Assembly (NCBI GenBank): GCA_964639525.1
Contig: CAZXDS010000002.1
Span: 1-43,545, forward strand
Reading direction: 5' to 3'
Source: an uncultured Melioribacteraceae bacterium
GTDB taxonomy: Bacteria; Bacteroidota; Ignavibacteria; Ignavibacteriales; Melioribacteraceae
DNA: 43,545 nucleotides
Shown piece after piece: positions 43,036-43,545 of this stretch. A program made the position numbers and the translations under genes. Numbering within the stretch: position 1 is the first letter of the stretch; each line of letters begins with the position of its first letter. Under the pieces are notes generated by a model. It saw only the letters and a list, made by a program, of their open reading frames with translations, had not been told where the DNA came from and did no database searches.

Positions 43036-43545
43036 TTATCTAACCAAAATCATTTTTTTTGTTTTTGAAAAACTACCCGTTTCGTTGGTTGCGGATATTC
43101 GGTAAATGTAAATACCGCTTGATAATTTTTTAGAATTAAATGTTACTTGGTAATTTCCTTTGGACTCAAATGCATTAACTAAAGTTTCTATTTCTTTTCC
43201 AAGAACATTATAAACATTAACTTTAACAAAACTATTCTCAGGAATTGCGTACCTGATTATTGTTGACGGGTTAAAAGGATTCGGATAATTTTGATATAGC
43301 TTAAAACTATTTACACTTGCATTGTTGTCGTTTTGTACGTCAGTAATAACCGAATAATATACAGTTAGTCCTTCCGTAAAGAATCCGAAATGGAAATTGT
43401 CATAACTAATCTCAATTACTCCTATTCCCTGAACCCAATTGTTATTATACCAAACTCTGCACACAGCCGTTTTTAACAAACTATATTCATTGTAGGAATA
43501 CAAATATTTTATTGAATTTTGCCAGTTGTTGTTCCATAGCTTGTC
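43036..43545 (-). CDS. T9SS-secreted protein, C-terminal part (the ORF runs off the window end)
   Basis: The reading frame stays open to position 43545 (..DKLWNNNWQNSIKYLYSYNEY..). The CTD is YQNYPNPFNPSTIIRY...GIYIYRI...KKMILVR. Confidence 0.7.
   Translation of the reverse strand, partial: DKLWNNNWQNSIKYLYSYNEYSLLKTAVCRVWYNNNWVQGIGVIEISYDNFHFGFFTEGLTVYYSVITDVQNDNNASVNSFKLYQNYPNPFNPSTIIRYAIPENSFVKVNVYNVLGKEIETLVNAFESKGNYQVTFNSKKLSSGIYIYRISATNETGSFSKTKKMILVR

Overview
This is an AT-rich, gene-dense bacterial chromosomal segment with about 34 credible CDS. I found no rRNA, tRNA or CRISPR array by eye. Three secreted proteins end in the type-A T9SS C-terminal sorting domain (QNYPNPFNP(S/T)T.I.Y ... 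LLR/LVR). Several genes also have Shine-Dalgarno-like sequences. Together these point to the FCB superphylum, plausibly an Ignavibacteriota-like organism (inference). Coding content, in order: housekeeping genes (prfA, serC plus DUF1015, aroE, rpmH-rnpA-yidC); an envelope/lipid block (glycosyltransferase, a sphingomyelin-synthase-like PAP2_C protein translationally coupled to a SAM methyltransferase, a MATE exporter); a 631-aa all-coiled-coil protein; an O-acetylation module (two SGNH hydrolases plus an MBOAT) followed by a TPR/beta-barrel outer-membrane protein; an S9 peptidase and other hydrolases; a TlpA-like thioredoxin lipoprotein; a patatin-POTRA-Omp85 (PlpD/type Vd-like) protein; two tandem paralogous T9SS cargo proteins followed by a small PD-(D/E)XK-like ORF; a TPR protein; and a GH13 amylase. 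The least ordinary content is non-coding. (1) Three copies of a 119-122 bp element carry 16-17 bp terminal inverted repeats, two internal hairpins kept by compensatory substitutions, and perfect 6-bp flanking direct repeats. This looks like a MITE family that I cannot assign to a known IS. (2) A family of GTAG-headed short palindromes (REP-like) clusters at 6.06-6.40 kb, with a solitary copy at 19.7 kb. (3) A possible second, 185-bp MITE with a 9-bp flanking duplication lies at 4.3-4.5 kb. (4) Three perfect hairpins sit at the window start. The window encodes no transposase, RAYT or recognised defence system.
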